The notes under the pieces: model-generated | Told to the model about the DNA's origin: nothing | The model's database searches: none | What the model saw: the letters and a program-made list of their open reading frames with translations, nothing else | Part shown: positions 25,519-37,999 of the stretch, one piece after another | Layout of the letters: the number at the start of each line of letters is the position of its first letter | How positions within the stretch are numbered: the first letter of the stretch is position 1 | Translations under genes and position numbers: made by a program | Assembly: GCA_943704425.1 (NCBI GenBank) | Contig: CALSCP010002411.1 | Coordinates: forward strand, 1-64,000 | Length of the DNA: 64,000 bases | Reading direction: 5' to 3' | Source of the DNA: Ministeria vibrans ATCC 50519 | Taxonomy: Eukaryota > Protista > Filasterea

Positions 25519-26696
25519 ATGTTGTCCCAGTGGTGTCCGAGGATCTTGCTGGGAGTCGCTCTGGCCAGCGTGGTCTCGTTGGCCGCAGCGTCGTCGTTTC
25601 CGCCTCACATTCTCTACGCCGAGCGAACGACCCTCTCCCACGCCGCCATCGAGGACGCCCACTTTCGTACACGCCGCGCCGCTGCTGCAGGCGCCGTCGT
25701 ACCTCTGGAGTTCTCTTTCACCTCCTTCAATCGGTATTAAGAAAAATAATTATAATAGTCAGTCTCGCTCTCCTTTTGACCACTCCCTCCTTCCCCGTTG
25801 CACCCAGATCGTTCGCACTGCACCTCGTGCCACACGCGACACTCTTTGGCGACGCGGCACGCTTCACGGTGCACCGGGCCAACGCGTCGAGCCACATCGC
25901 GTACGACACATCTCGCTTCTACAAAGGCCACACACTGTCGCCCGAGACGCGCCAGCCACAGGAGGGCGCCGTCGCGTACGGGCGAGTCCGTGTGGGCGGT
26001 CGCTTCGACGGTGCCGTCCATGTGGACGGTCAAATTTACTATGTTGAACCGGAAGAAGCGCAAGACACAACAACGCACCTTGTCTATCGGGCCTCCGACG
26101 TAAGTCGCGAAAGTGTCGCCAATGCACGCTGCGGTGCGGCCGATGCAGCGACCAGCGACGATACGTTCAATGCCTTTCCCCATCCTCGTCATGATGTCCT
26201 TTCGTTTGCGTCGAATCTCGAGCGTCGCGCCGTCTCATGCAACAGCAATGTTAATGCGGCCGCGTCGTACTGCTCGCTCGCGCTCGTCGCCGACGCCACC
26301 TTCTACGCCAAGTACGGTACCGAAGCGGGCGCCATTGACAAGATGATCTCGCTGGTGCAGGGCGCCGAGGCCATCTACCAGGCGACAGCATTTGGCAATG
26401 GCGCACCGCCTGTCGGCTTCTACGTCGTGCACGTCACCGTCTTCACCGACGCCTCCACCTCACCAGGCGACGCCATTCCCTTGGGTACCGACGTCACCAC
26501 AACTCTGCAGAACTTTGCCATTTACGGCGCCTCCAACGAGTTCAACGACGTCTGTTTGGGCCATCTCTTCGTCGACCGTGACTTCTCTGGTGTCCTTGGC
26601 CTTGCGTACGTTGGCAGCACCAGCTCTCTCGGTGGCGTCTGCCAGAACCGCGCCACCCTTTCCTACGGCTCCGCCAACACCAACACGGGACTCACC
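25519..26696 (+). CDS. ADAM10/ADAM17-like metalloprotease, 5' part (signal peptide, prodomain, start of catalytic domain)
   Basis: Signal peptide; prodomain YYVEP...HLVYRASD; cysteine switch ARCGA; ERRA cleavage site; CSLALVAD..F; CLGHLFVDRDFSGVLGLAYVG...GGVC; NTGLT. Cut off before the HExxH motif. Confidence 0.85.
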
Positions 26697-26910
26697 GTAC
26701 CAACCAACCCTTAAACATTGCTATTGTGATACCCATTCCTCTCCTGTTTTTGTGTTTATTTTGTTTTGCTTTTTTTTTTTTTTTTTTTTTCTTCTTTCTC
26801 TTTGATTGAGTCAATGAAAATAACGATGTGGGAACAAATGAGGCTTGTGCAATGGCACGATGATGTTGAGTGTGTGAAGGAGGGCGGGGACGGCAACGAC
26901 TACACCGTAC

Positions 26911-26991
26911 CCAAATGCCCGTCTGTGACGTTTGGAGACACCCAAAGCGAGCGATGGCCTCCTCTTCGTCTGGGACAGGCTGGGGAGCCAT
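26911..26991 (-). CDS. Isolated first exon of an unidentified gene
   Basis: ATG in good context (gccATGg), MAPQPVPDEEEAIARFGCLQTSQTGIW, then a gtacgg donor; divergent from ZMYND10. Confidence 0.4.
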
Positions 26992-27137
26992 GGCGATCAA
27001 CAGGGAAGAGGAGGGGAAACAAAAATAATTGACAATTACCCATTCTACTCAATGATCAGTCTGCCGGAAGTTTACTTATTTTTCTGTCCTTTCAATATTA
27101 ATTTTCTTATTCTTCAATCTTCATTCATCAAAGAAGT

Positions 27138-29614
27138 ATGCCTCACACAACAGTGGACCCGTTGACTCCGCTCGAGGCGGAGTCTGTTGTGCGCAGTTTA
27201 GAGAAATTGCCCCTAACTGAAGTGGGATCGACGAGGTACTCATTCTGTTGATTTGATGGCGTCGCATGGCCTCTTTCTGTACGAGCCTCACGCCGTGTAT
27301 GAGTGTGTGATTGTCTCACTGTCTGACTGTTGGTCGGTGAATTTTCTTCTCTTATCAGCTATGTTGTAAACGATTGGGATATTGGTTCGTTTTGGTGTTG
27401 TCGTGGCAACGACTCTTCAACGACTCCCCCTCTTTGTGTGTGTGTCTCACACAAGTGCATTCTCTCTTCGTTTGAAATTCCAGGTGGATTAGCCAACATG
27501 AGCGCGTCGAGCGGCTTAATATTCAGGTGTGCACAGCATTGTACGAGCGTCATCTTCGATCTGTGTCACTTAGAATCGTTCGTTTATTTTTTATATAGGC
27601 TCATGTTAACGCGCATAACAACTCCGACGAATTTGTGATGAGCTCGATTGTATCGCATGGCAAACTTGAGACTCTCGTGTATGATTTGATCGTGGCTGAG
27701 CTGTGGCGAGTGCACGTCTATCCCGAGCTGAGAAGGTGTGACTTTGCCAACGATAACACTGTCATGCCGTACATGGTTCTCTATCACGAGGTGACGCTCT
27801 GCAATCTGCTGGAAACCATCATGTATTACGGAGAGACGTGCGCCGATGCAAGCACCGATGCACTTTTAGAGCTGTGCGACTACTGTGTGCGGCAGTGTGA
27901 TGCACTCGTGGTGCTGTGCGACAAGTCGGCCATGACCACCCATGCCGAAGAGGTGCATGCAGTCGACCCTGTCCATGCGAGGGCCTTGTGTGACGAGCCC
28001 ACTGCAGAGGAGTACTTAAAAATGAGTGCCGGTGAGCAACTGGACACCCAAGCGCGTCAAATTGCGTACACCACGGCGATTGGTGCGTTGTCGCTGTTGC
28101 GCTATCTGACCAGCCATCTCGCGAGCACGCCACTTACAGTGGCCACGCGACTTCTTCGCACCCACGATTGCATTGCCTGCCTTGTACGCGTTACTGACAT
28201 ACAGCCCTGGTCGTGCACCGGCTCTAATGGCAAGCTGTACAAGTACTCGGATGGTCGCTGGACTCTGGCTCCCGGTGTGGAGCGTCTAAAGCTCTGCAAA
28301 CCAGAAGCCCAGGTACATATAAAAACGTATTAATTTTGTGTTGTTTCATGCATGATAATAATAATTTAATTTCCGCATATCATTAATGACTATAACTATA
28401 TTATTAAGACGTATTATTGTTATAATATTTTTATAAATTATTATTGTAAACAAAAATAATAATAATTATTATTATTAATAAATAATAAAATTTAAAGAAT
28501 TGTTTCGCTGCGTGTGCAATCCATATTTCTCGTCTTGAAGTCTACGGCAGAAGTATTGTGCTGCTCTTTGTGTGTTTATATAGTTTTGTTTTGACATTGA
28601 GTACAGCTCTCGATTCTCTATTTATTTTATAATTATCGTACACTAGGTCTGGTTGGCACTGGTGACGCTACTTCTAGGTGAAATTGGACAACGTACGTAC
28701 ATGTACAGCTCCTACAAGAAGGATCAGGTAAGAAGTAGTATGCGCATGCCGAGGATTTTATTTATAATTAGGAAGACGTTTATACTAATCATCGAAGTCA
28801 AATAGGTCTTGCGTTTAAAAGGACACATCAATGACGTGATGCTTGATCAGTTGCCCATACTAAGTACCACATCTGATCAGCTTTAATTTGGTACTAGTGT
28901 GGGTTTGTCTTGTTAACATTGTACTCTGACACGCAGGCGACCTGCAACGGTATCTGGGCAATCTGGCGTTGATGGATCCGCCAGCACCCTCAAGTGACCT
29001 TATCATCGAACAGCTCTCGTCTATGCGGTCCGCGCTGCTCGAGCAACACCGTGCGCACTGGGCCGACATTGCCGAACGCCAGCTTGCCCACGTCTTTCGT
29101 TTGTCCTCCGAGCAACAACAACAGCAAGCAATTAGGTGAGTATGATAATGAGATGAGACTATAATAATATTATTATTCGTACTTCAAAAGAATAATAAAT
29201 TTTATAATAATAATAATAATAAATAAATTATTACTATCATTAATTCGACGTCTTATTTATTACAATTATTCTTCATCCCACATGCACTCACTATTTATTT
29301 TTCATACGAATCTAATTTAATAATATTATTATAATTATTATGTTCTTCATGCAATGAATATTAATTTTTCGTGTTGTCGCTTTTGTTTGTTCTTTTCTCT
29401 GTATCATTAATAAATGGGTTGTATTCTCTTGCGTAGCCTATCTGCCGCATATGACCTTGACGCGCTCTCTGGTCTACTTCCAAATGATCCTCGATGTTGT
29501 GTCTGTGGCGAGCCAGCCGCAAAGCGCTGCTCTCAGTGCAAACAAGTCTGGTACTGTGGTCGCGAGTGTCAAGTTGGTGACTGGCCCTCGCACAAATCTG
29601 CGTGTTGTCAATGA
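27138..29614 (+). CDS. ZMYND10: ZMYND10 axonemal dynein assembly factor
   Basis: LTPLEAESVVRSL..PL.EVGS|WISQHERVERLN, HGKLETLVYDLIVAELWR, YMVLYHE, and C-terminal MYND finger CCVCGEPAAKRCSQCKQVWYCGRECQVGDWPSHKSAC. Confidence 0.95.
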
Positions 29615-30868
29615 GTTAATAGTTATGAGTGTAAAAGAAGTGGAAGAAGAATAATAATACATGAAAAAGAAGAAGAAGAAGAATACAACCCATAAAAAGA
29701 AGAAAAGAGTAAAATGTTTCCTTCTTTTTATTCACTCATAATTCATAGTCAGTCACAACAAAGAGCGACAACGCAAACAGCTCAAACCCATTTTCCAACA
29801 ACAATTTCATGCTACAAGAGCCGAAGAGCGTCAAGACTCAAGACTCAAGAGAGAGCGGAGACAGGCTGGCTGATGAAATACTACCGATATCATTTTATTC
29901 GCTGGAGGACTCACAGGAGAAGCGTACGTTCTTTCTACGTTCTTCAACCGTACAGCGCCGTTCACCCAAAAGCACGCTTTGCTACTTGTTAGGACCGAGG
30001 CGTTCTTCCAATTATTGCAACGAGTGCAAAAAATGGCGCACGTGGCTGCTCTTGACATAGAATGAGAGTGATTTATGAGACGCTTTGTGTGTAACGCTGA
30101 ATGACTTCAAAATAAAATTGAATCAAATTGAACAAATTTCAATCAATTACTTCTCTGCATTTCGCGTGCCACATACACTCTCCCACTATCCGTATTAGGT
30201 CAATACGCAACGGCCTTTGGTGTCAGTACAAGCGCGTCAAGGGGTAAGCATAAGCTACACAATCCGCTCTGCACTGCACTGCACTCCTCTGCCTTGCCTT
30301 CCCCTCCCTCCCTACGACGTCCACACGCTGCAGTCGGGGGGCGTCTCAACATACCACGGCCATTCCAAGTGTGCATGGCCGTCGGCTCTTGCTATCCCAG
30401 CAAAATATTGCTCAGCAAAAGAGCGGAAGGAGACGAAAAAGAAAAAAGAGAGAAAAAAGACAATACCTGCCAAGATCGCGCGCCTCGTCTCATGGCGTTC
30501 TCTGCACGGCATTGCACTGATGGGTGCCTGTTTGAAGCAGTGTGGTGTCGTGAAAGAGGCGCATGCTTCAACAAAGCTGTCGAAATGCTCAAAAGAAGAA
30601 AGTGAAACGAAGAGCAAAACACGTCGCACCGGAAGACACGGGAGGGTCCCGTCGCCTGGCCACCACCACCTCATAGGGGAATTGGCGTGAACAAAACTAA
30701 ATGGCCTGCGAGAGGAGCAGTAGCTTATGAAGACAAAAAAAAATGCTCTGCTACACATTTTTTTTTTCTGACGGCTTATTGATTTTCGGGGGGGGGTTTT
30801 TTTTTTTTTTTTTTTTTTTTTTTGGTTCTCTATTTAGATTGCGAGAAAGGAAAGAAGGCGGGAGTTAC

Positions 30869-31181
30869 CAGCATGGCGCCCGGCAGGGTGCGGACGAGCT
30901 TCTTGGTGAAGACGCACTCGCGGAGCTCTTCGCCGTGGCTGATGGGCTGGAAGCAGATGGGACAGGTGCCAACGCCGTCTGGATTGGCCGCAAGCCAGGT
31001 GTGCAGGTCGAACGACTGCCGATGGTCGCAGTGCGTGCCCTTGACCGGGATCTCGACAATGCGCCCCGTCGTGGGGTCCGTTAGGTCCATTCGTTCCGCT
31101 GCAAATCACATAAACAACAGTCAGATGCGCTTCGCCCGTTCCTCTGCTCGCGCGCCCCTTACAGTTTGCATTCTCATCCAT
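30869..31181 (-). CDS. Protein with an N-terminal SP-RING (zf-MIZ-like) finger; downstream exons unresolved
   Basis: MDENAN|SERMDLTDPTTGRIVEIPVKGTHCDHRQSFDL...TCPICFQP matches SP-RING P-x-(R/K)-G-x-x-C-x-H-x-Q-x-F-D...CP(I/V)C. Confidence 0.7.
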
Positions 31182-31328
31182 GGTGGGCGAATCAGCCACA
31201 GCGAGCAGCACGAAAGAATAATTGTAGAAAAAATCAAAAAAATCACAATTCACAAACCGACAACGAAAAGGCGAAATGATTAGAACATTTTAATTTTTAT
31301 AATAATAAAGTTATTATTATTTTGCCCA

Positions 31329-33423
31329 ATGAGTGGATGTAGCGAGCAAACCGAACGCACCTGCGTGTCTCATGGCGACAGTGGTCCCGCGACTGTGGCG
31401 ACCGACCTGGTGAGAGATGCGCTGCGGGCGGACGGAGTGAAACTGTGGCTGCCGCCATACACTCCCGCCCAGGCCACTGCGCACACGGCGCTTGCGTCGG
31501 CCTTTGCCGAACGGCTTGCACTGGATAGGGAGGTTGTGGTGGCGGAAATCGAATCGCTGCGTCTGGTATGTGTGTGTGTGTGTGTGTGTGAGTGTGAGTG
31601 TGAGTGAGTCGTTGCTCAACCCAACGGCATAGCATGCTCTCGCGAAACTCGCCAAGCGTCGCCAGATTCAGGTGCATCTCAAGTGTGCTGGTGAAGTGAC
31701 CGCCGTGGTGCCGGAGCTGACGGTGGATGCGGACGCTGTGGACGGCTACACCGCGTTGCGTTCGGCATTGGCAACGACTGTCGATCTTGCCACGCGCACG
31801 AGCACCAGCACGAGCACGACGACGGCGGTCGAGGTGCGCCTCGTCCACGCTGGGCATCTTGTGGAGACAACGCGGTCGTTGCGCGAGCAGGGGTTCAGGA
31901 CAGGATCGCGTGTGATTGCGCTTGTGGCACGATCTGCAGATGGAGGCGGTGCGCAGCTTCACGCACGAGTGGCGCGTGTGAAACAGGCGGCCGAGCGACT
32001 GGCGCGAGGACAACCAAAGCGCTACGATGCGCTTGAGGACGAATCGACCGACGACGACGAAATGACCGAAGCGGAGCTCGAGCTGACGGACCAGCACGGA
32101 CGACCGGTGCCTATTGGTCGTCGCGCCCGACGTGACCTGGTGTTGGCCATGACATTGCAAGACAAGGGGCAGCAAACGTGTCGTGACGGCAACTATGCCG
32201 AGGCACTCTTGTATTTCCTTGAGGCCGACGAGGCCTTTGGGCGGCTGCCGGCAGAGCTTGAGCTACTGACGCTCATTGACAATGTTGGCATTCTGTACTT
32301 GGACATTTGCATGCTCTACTTGAAAATGGAAAACCTTGAGGCGTTGCCGGACGCGCGCGAGCGTCTGTGTCGCGCGGAGATGTGTTTGACGCGCTGCTAC
32401 GGGTCAGACTTGGACATGACACGGGCGCGACGCATCCACGGCGATGGTGCGGGCGAGTCGGCGCCCGAGCTCGCGCTCTTTGTGCGTCTGTATGTTTTGC
32501 GCGGCGCGCTCGACTTTCACGCCGGGGACATTGCAAGTGCCATTGCATGCTTTGACCGGGCGGCGTTACACTTGCACTCTCTTGAAGTGGACCCCGAAGC
32601 GCACGCTCAGGTGTGCGAGTCCACGGGCTGCACCAGTCGGCATGCGCGCATGGCATTGCGTGCGTGCGCCGGCAATGTAGCAGCGGCCGCATCGCATGTG
32701 CTTACGGAGCGTGAGAAGCGGCGGGCAGGCGCCGAGGAGGCCCGCAAACAGCGACGCGAACGACGACGACGTCGACGCATAGGCGTGACAGCCAATGGCA
32801 AGCGCACAAGTGTAGCGGTTGTGGATCGATTGGTGGCTCTTGGCTACTCGGCCGAGCTTAGTGTGGTCGCTGTACAGCAGTGTGACAACGACCTTGACGC
32901 AGCATTACATCTGCTCAACAACGAGCCGGCCTTGCTCATTGCGGCACTCGACAACACCGACGCAGCAAAGCGTCGAACCAAGTCGAACACGGCGGAAACG
33001 AATGACTTTGCCGACAAAGTCGTTCAGCTATGTACCATGGGATTCGAGGCGGACCATGCTCGGGCGGCGCTGATGGAAGCGCGTGGCAACGTTGAGAGCG
33101 CCGCCACGCTGCTTGTTGATGGGTTTCAGGCGCCTTGCAACGTTGGTGCTGACGATCTTTTTCGGGAGGGCGCAGCGATCGCTGGAGGAGTAGAAGAAGA
33201 CGACGAAGATGACGACGACGAAGAAGAAGACGAAGAGGATGAGGAGGGTGACGAGGAGGAACGTGCGGCACGTCGCGAGCGAGACGAGCAGATCATTCAA
33301 GAGGAGATTGTGCCTGCATTGACTGGTGATGCTGATGGACATTTAGATAGTGAGTGTGACGACGAGCGGGCGATTCTTGAGCGATATCGCGCTCTGCTTC
33401 AAGCTTCAACTCGCAATGAATAA
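31329..33423 (+). CDS. NUB1: NEDD8 ultimate buster 1
   Basis: LRADGVKLWLPPY N-terminus; Ubl-like segment; LELTDQHG..P; LLTLIDN..L.LDI..Y; CLTRCYG; three UBA-like repeats (ALRAC.GNV, LVALGYS, LCTMGFE); two exons. Confidence 0.92.
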
Positions 33424-33492
33424 ACAAGTTTTTTTTTTTTTTGGGGTGTGTATTGTTGGTAACTGATTGACATTTGGTTAGAACATTGCGAG

Positions 33493-34107
33493 ATGTTTTG
33501 TGTTGTAAGATACGGCGATAAGCAGGTACCATTTAAAGTGGTGCGTCGCCATGGTTACCAAGGATGTTTTAGTCTCTGTTGGTGAATCCACAGTGTAGTG
33601 TACCGGCGCTTCTTCGACACATGAAAGACAAATGCGGAGTGCCGCCAGAGATTGAGGTGCAAATGCAATGAGGACGGCACGGGGCGCAAATATGTCACGG
33701 CTAACGTTTTGCAGATTGATCTTGCAGAAGAACAGACGGGCACAGTAAAGGATCTGCAGAACAAACGTGACTTGTACGCGGATGAAATGCTTATCACACG
33801 AACGGTATACGTGCTGGTGGCGGTTCAAGCACGCGACGAGGGCGGCGACGAAGAGACGCACCGCAAGAGCAAGAATATATTTTTGCCGCTCCTTGCTGAC
33901 TACTCGCTCGCCTGTCGGCTCGACAAGGGCAAGGGGCGCGCTCGAAAACAACATTCGCATGGGCAGGCGTTTGCCAAGGACGGCAATGCCAGCGATGATT
34001 CGTCGTTTGCGCGCGGAACCCGTCGGTCGCGACCCTCTTCCTCCGTCTCAAGCAAACGACCTGCTTCGAAACATTCCACAAAGCAGTCTTCGCCAAAAAA
34101 GCAATAG
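33493..34107 (+). CDS. C22orf15/CXorf65-family small protein
   Basis: Spliced MFCVVRYGDKQ|SLLVNPQCSVPALLRHMKDKCGVPPEIE|IDLAEEQTG..., matching the MFxxVxYG...LxNxxC pattern, followed by a basic tail. Confidence 0.75.
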
Positions 34108-34135
34108 GAGATCAGTGTATTTTGAGGGGAAGAGC

Positions 34136-35320
34136 TCACAGGTTGAGTGCCTCCGCTTCCCACGCCTTAACCTTCTTCATCTGCTGGTCGCCGAATCCAG
34201 TGTACTAAAAAAAAGTACAAGAAGATAATAATTGTTATAATAATAATAATAATAATTATTATTATCATTTTGACTGGGGTTGTCTTATTTTTGGGATGGT
34301 GAGTCGTACAGCACTCTCAAACTTGTTTCGCAGCTGCTTCTCGCTGTACATGTCGGCGAAGAAGCGCTTGTAGAGCTGCGCGTCTTGGGCCTTGACCTGT
34401 CGATCTACTTGCTCATACGGAATTTCGGAGCGCAGGAGAGCATCCATCGACGCAACGACATCGGGGTAGGCGCTAGCCACGTTGTACAGCTCGTCGGGGT
34501 CTAAGTGTGCCAGGGAGAGTGAGAAGAAGAAAAAAAAAAAACAAGTAAGAAGAAGAAGACATTTCCAATTTATAAACAAATTTAATAAAAAAAAACAATT
34601 AAACAACACGCGAGCGACAGACAGAATAAAAATGTCAATTACAAGAACTGTTTGGAAAATTGCTATACCAGTATCAAGGTTGAACAGTTGGGGGATGTAT
34701 GACGAGTTGTACGCGTCAAGGTTGGTTCCAAAGGCAATGTACTTCCAGGGACCTTGGCGCAACATGAAGGAGCCCGTGTTTCCCATGTTAGAATGGTACT
34801 GGGCTGTGACAAAGGTGGGGCGCGCGGGCTGTGGCTGTCCGCGCGCCAGAGGCAGTAGTGAGTGCCCGACCAGCGATGGGGGCTGCGCACCGCCTGCCAT
34901 GTCCACCAGCGTCGGAAACACATCCAGGAGACTGCATACAGTGTTCAGACAGAGTCAGTCAATTTGTTTCTCTCTCATGGAATCATTTTGTTTCCCTCTG
35001 TGTCAGTGTACGTTGTAAGGTTTGTGACGAGCTTGTTTTGAGGAATGTCTGGACCCGCAATGATCAGAGGCACCCTCACACTCGCTTCGTAAAGTGAGTT
35101 CTTCCACACTTGGCGGTGTTCCATATTCATCTCACTACAGACACGCACACACACATACACACACACACACGAGTTGATGCCAAGTAAATATTAATAGTAA
35201 GGGCACGGTTGTGCACATCTCACAAACTCCAGACTCACCCGTGGTCCGACAGAAACACCACATATGTGTTGTTGAGGTGTCCGTGCTTCTCAGCCGCAGC
35301 AAGCACTAGCCCCAGCATGT
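34136..35320 (-). CDS. ARSK: Arylsulfatase K-like sulfatase, 3' half; N-terminal CxPxR exons missing
   Basis: YVVFLSDHG|EMNMEHRQVWKNSLYEASVRVPLII.GP...SLLDVFPTLVDMAG...QYHSNMGNTGSFMLR..WKYI..PQLFNL..DPDEL. Confidence 0.85.
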
Positions 35321-35344
35321 CTGTACGAGGAAGAAGTGAGTACT

Positions 35345-35393
35345 CACACACACACATACGCACCACAAAGACAAACAAACACACACATACAAA

Positions 35394-35437
<44 letters not shown>

Positions 35438-35442
35438 CACAC

Positions 35443-35520
<78 letters not shown>
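35345..35520. repeat. Long (CA)n microsatellite
   Basis: Directly visible. Confidence 0.95.
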
Positions 35521-35566
35521 CATTTAGTTTGAATGACGGTGTTTGAGGGTCGAGGATGAGGCGTAC

Positions 35567-35988
35567 TCTTCTTTGACCGTGATGCCTTTCTCATTGGCCA
35601 CAGAAAAGAGACGTAATACTCTCTCCTCATCCATATCAAACTCCTTCTTGTAAAAGGCCTGCTCGGCGTGGCGCGAGTCGACGCCCACTGTTGTGGTGGA
35701 GTAGGAGAAGGGAACGCGAAAGCGATGCAGAACCAGAGCCAAGTCTATCGTCCAGATGCTCTTGTCCACTCCGAGGTCATTGCATGCAGCCAGCAAGTCT
35801 GGCTTTAGAACGTCTCGTCGCTTATTGAAGCTAAACGAGGCGAGCGTGTGAGCGTGAGCGGAGAACGAACATTATAATTGATACACAAGTGCCATTTGAA
35901 GAGAGGCCAGTCCACAGTCCCAGTCGCTGTGTTGCTGTACATGCGGCACATCCAATTGTACCACTTCGTCGCTTTCGGCTATCTCCAT
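35567..35988 (-). CDS. GUCD1: GUCD1 (C39-like peptidase fold), first two exons only
   Basis: VQLDVPHVQQHSDWDCGLAS; SIWTIDLA; TVGVD...FYKKEFD.DE.RV..LF. Confidence 0.88.
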
Positions 35989-36097
35989 CAATAAACAATC
36001 AAAATTTTGTACAGAACACAGAGAATAGGATTTAGGCATTTCCCATTATTCAATATTCATCATTGATTATTCATTAACGGTCACTTTTTTATTAGTC

Positions 36098-37936
36098 ATG
36101 GATCGTCAGCGCAACGATTTGGAGCGTAAGGTGAAGGCCGCGAAGAAAAAACTTCGACAAATTTCTCGTCTGGAGGAGTTCGGTCTTTCGAATTTGAACG
36201 AGGAGGAAAAGATCAAGGTTCGTTCTCAATTGACAGCCGTCCTCTCTTGACCCGCTTCGCCTTTGCGCACTCTTATGGTTACAAACACATGATGTTCAGG
36301 TGAATCAAAGGCGAGAATTTGAAGACTTGGTCGACGCTAGCGAGCAGAAATTGAAAAAGTTGCCACCCGCAAAACTGTCTCCTACTGCTGGTGCTGCTGG
36401 TGCTGCTGCTGCTCCTCTTCGTGTTGCTCATGCTGCTGTCTCTGCTACTGCTACTGCTGCTACTACTACTACTACCACTACTACTACTACTGATACTGCT
36501 CGTGCTTCTATTGCACCTTTGTCTCAAGCTCCCACCAAGAAGAAGACTGAGGCGCCTCCCGCCACAGCCACAGCCACTGCCGCTGCGCCTGCGAAGGGTT
36601 CCAAGAAGAACAAATCGAAGGAAGCGGCGACGGCGGCGGCGATGCCCGAGCATCCGTTTGTGTTCCCTGCTATCTCCGTGCGAACACTCGATGACGAGCA
36701 CGACGATGTGGTGCTCTGTGTCGACGTGCACGGCGATGTGATTGCGACCGGCTCTCGCGATACCTCCGTTAAATTGTGGTCGCTGCAAACCTGCCAGTTG
36801 GTGCGTCACTTGGGTGGCCACAGGGGTGCGGTGCACGGTGTGCGTGTTTTGGCGGACACGGGGATGGTGTGCAGTGCGAGTGCCGACTCAACGTTGCGCG
36901 TGTGGCAGTGCGAGACGGGCGAGCAGAAGCACGAAGTGTACGTGTACTCGCGTGTGTTGTGTTGCACTCATGTGCCCGACCACCCGACGCTTATCCTGTG
37001 CGGTACCGCTGCAGGCAAAGTGCATTTTATTGACGCCACAAGCGGCATCAATGTACACACGCTCAGCGACGTGGTGAGTGGGCGCGTCACCGCGTGCGAC
37101 GCCCGCGGGGAGCGCTTTGTCGTGGGAACGGCGCAAGGCCAAGTGGCGCTGTGCCAGATGGCGATTACGGGCGAGGGTGAAGAGGCTACCGTTGACGATA
37201 CGCGGTGCGTGTGGGCGTTCAACGACGACACGTACATGGGCGACATCAACGACCTGCTCATGATGGACAACAGAGTGTTTTGGGGCGACGGCGACGGATG
37301 GAACGTCAAATGGTTGTTCCTGCAGGGCGACAACGACGACGTGCTCTACAAGGTCGCAAACCGCACAACTATGCGCGCCTATGGCACACAGAGCATGGCT
37401 CAGAGCGACGCTGCCGATGTCATTGCTAGTAGCTCAAGTGACCGAGACGGAGGCTACATCAATGGTATTATGATTTTATCTTCATCCTGCGTGTGGTTTG
37501 TGATTGCTGTGTGCCTGACGACGCGTTATTGTTACTCTTTTCAGTTCGACGTGGAAGCACCGGAGAGTATCTGTACACGCTGCGAACGCGCAAGACAGTG
37601 ATGGCAATGGGGTACAATGACGACGGGAGTGCACTGGTGCTGGCTGGCAATGGGAGCGAGGTTGAAGTGGCGGTGTTTGGTGCGCAACGGGACACGCAGT
37701 CGAAGCGACTGGTGCGGTCGCGTGTGCTGATGAGCAATGTGGTATATGACAGTGATGATGACGATGGGGACGAGGAGGATGAAGACGAAGGCGAAGGCGA
37801 AGGGAAAGGGAGTGCGAAGGGAGAAAAGGAGGCGGTAGAGGTGCGAGAGGGAGGGCGGAGTGTGCTTGCGTCGGCGCTGCAGCAGCAGCAGCAACTACCC
37901 TGGTGGTCTCCCTCGAGCTGGTGTGCCATTCTTTAG
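36098..37936 (+). CDS. WD40 protein with an N-terminal PYM/eIF2A-type helical hairpin
   Basis: MDRQRNDLERKVKAAKKKLRQISRLE...LNEEEKIK, Ala/Thr linker, WD repeats (HDDVVLCV..IATGSRDTSVKLW; GHRGAV..SASADSTLRVW); three exons. Confidence 0.8.
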
Positions 37937-37999
37937 TATATATTATAGTTTTTATTGATGTTAAACGGGTTTTTGTATGTGTGTATGTTGAACAATGAG

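Noticed and set aside
28330-29420. Transposon insertions in the AT-rich ZMYND10 introns
   Set aside because: Only (TAA)n-like low-complexity sequence; no terminal repeats, target-site duplications or ORFs.
35320-35567. GUCD1-ARSK fusion gene
   Set aside because: The donor is phase 2 and the acceptor phase 1; each half lacks essential parts, and the join lies in (CA)n.
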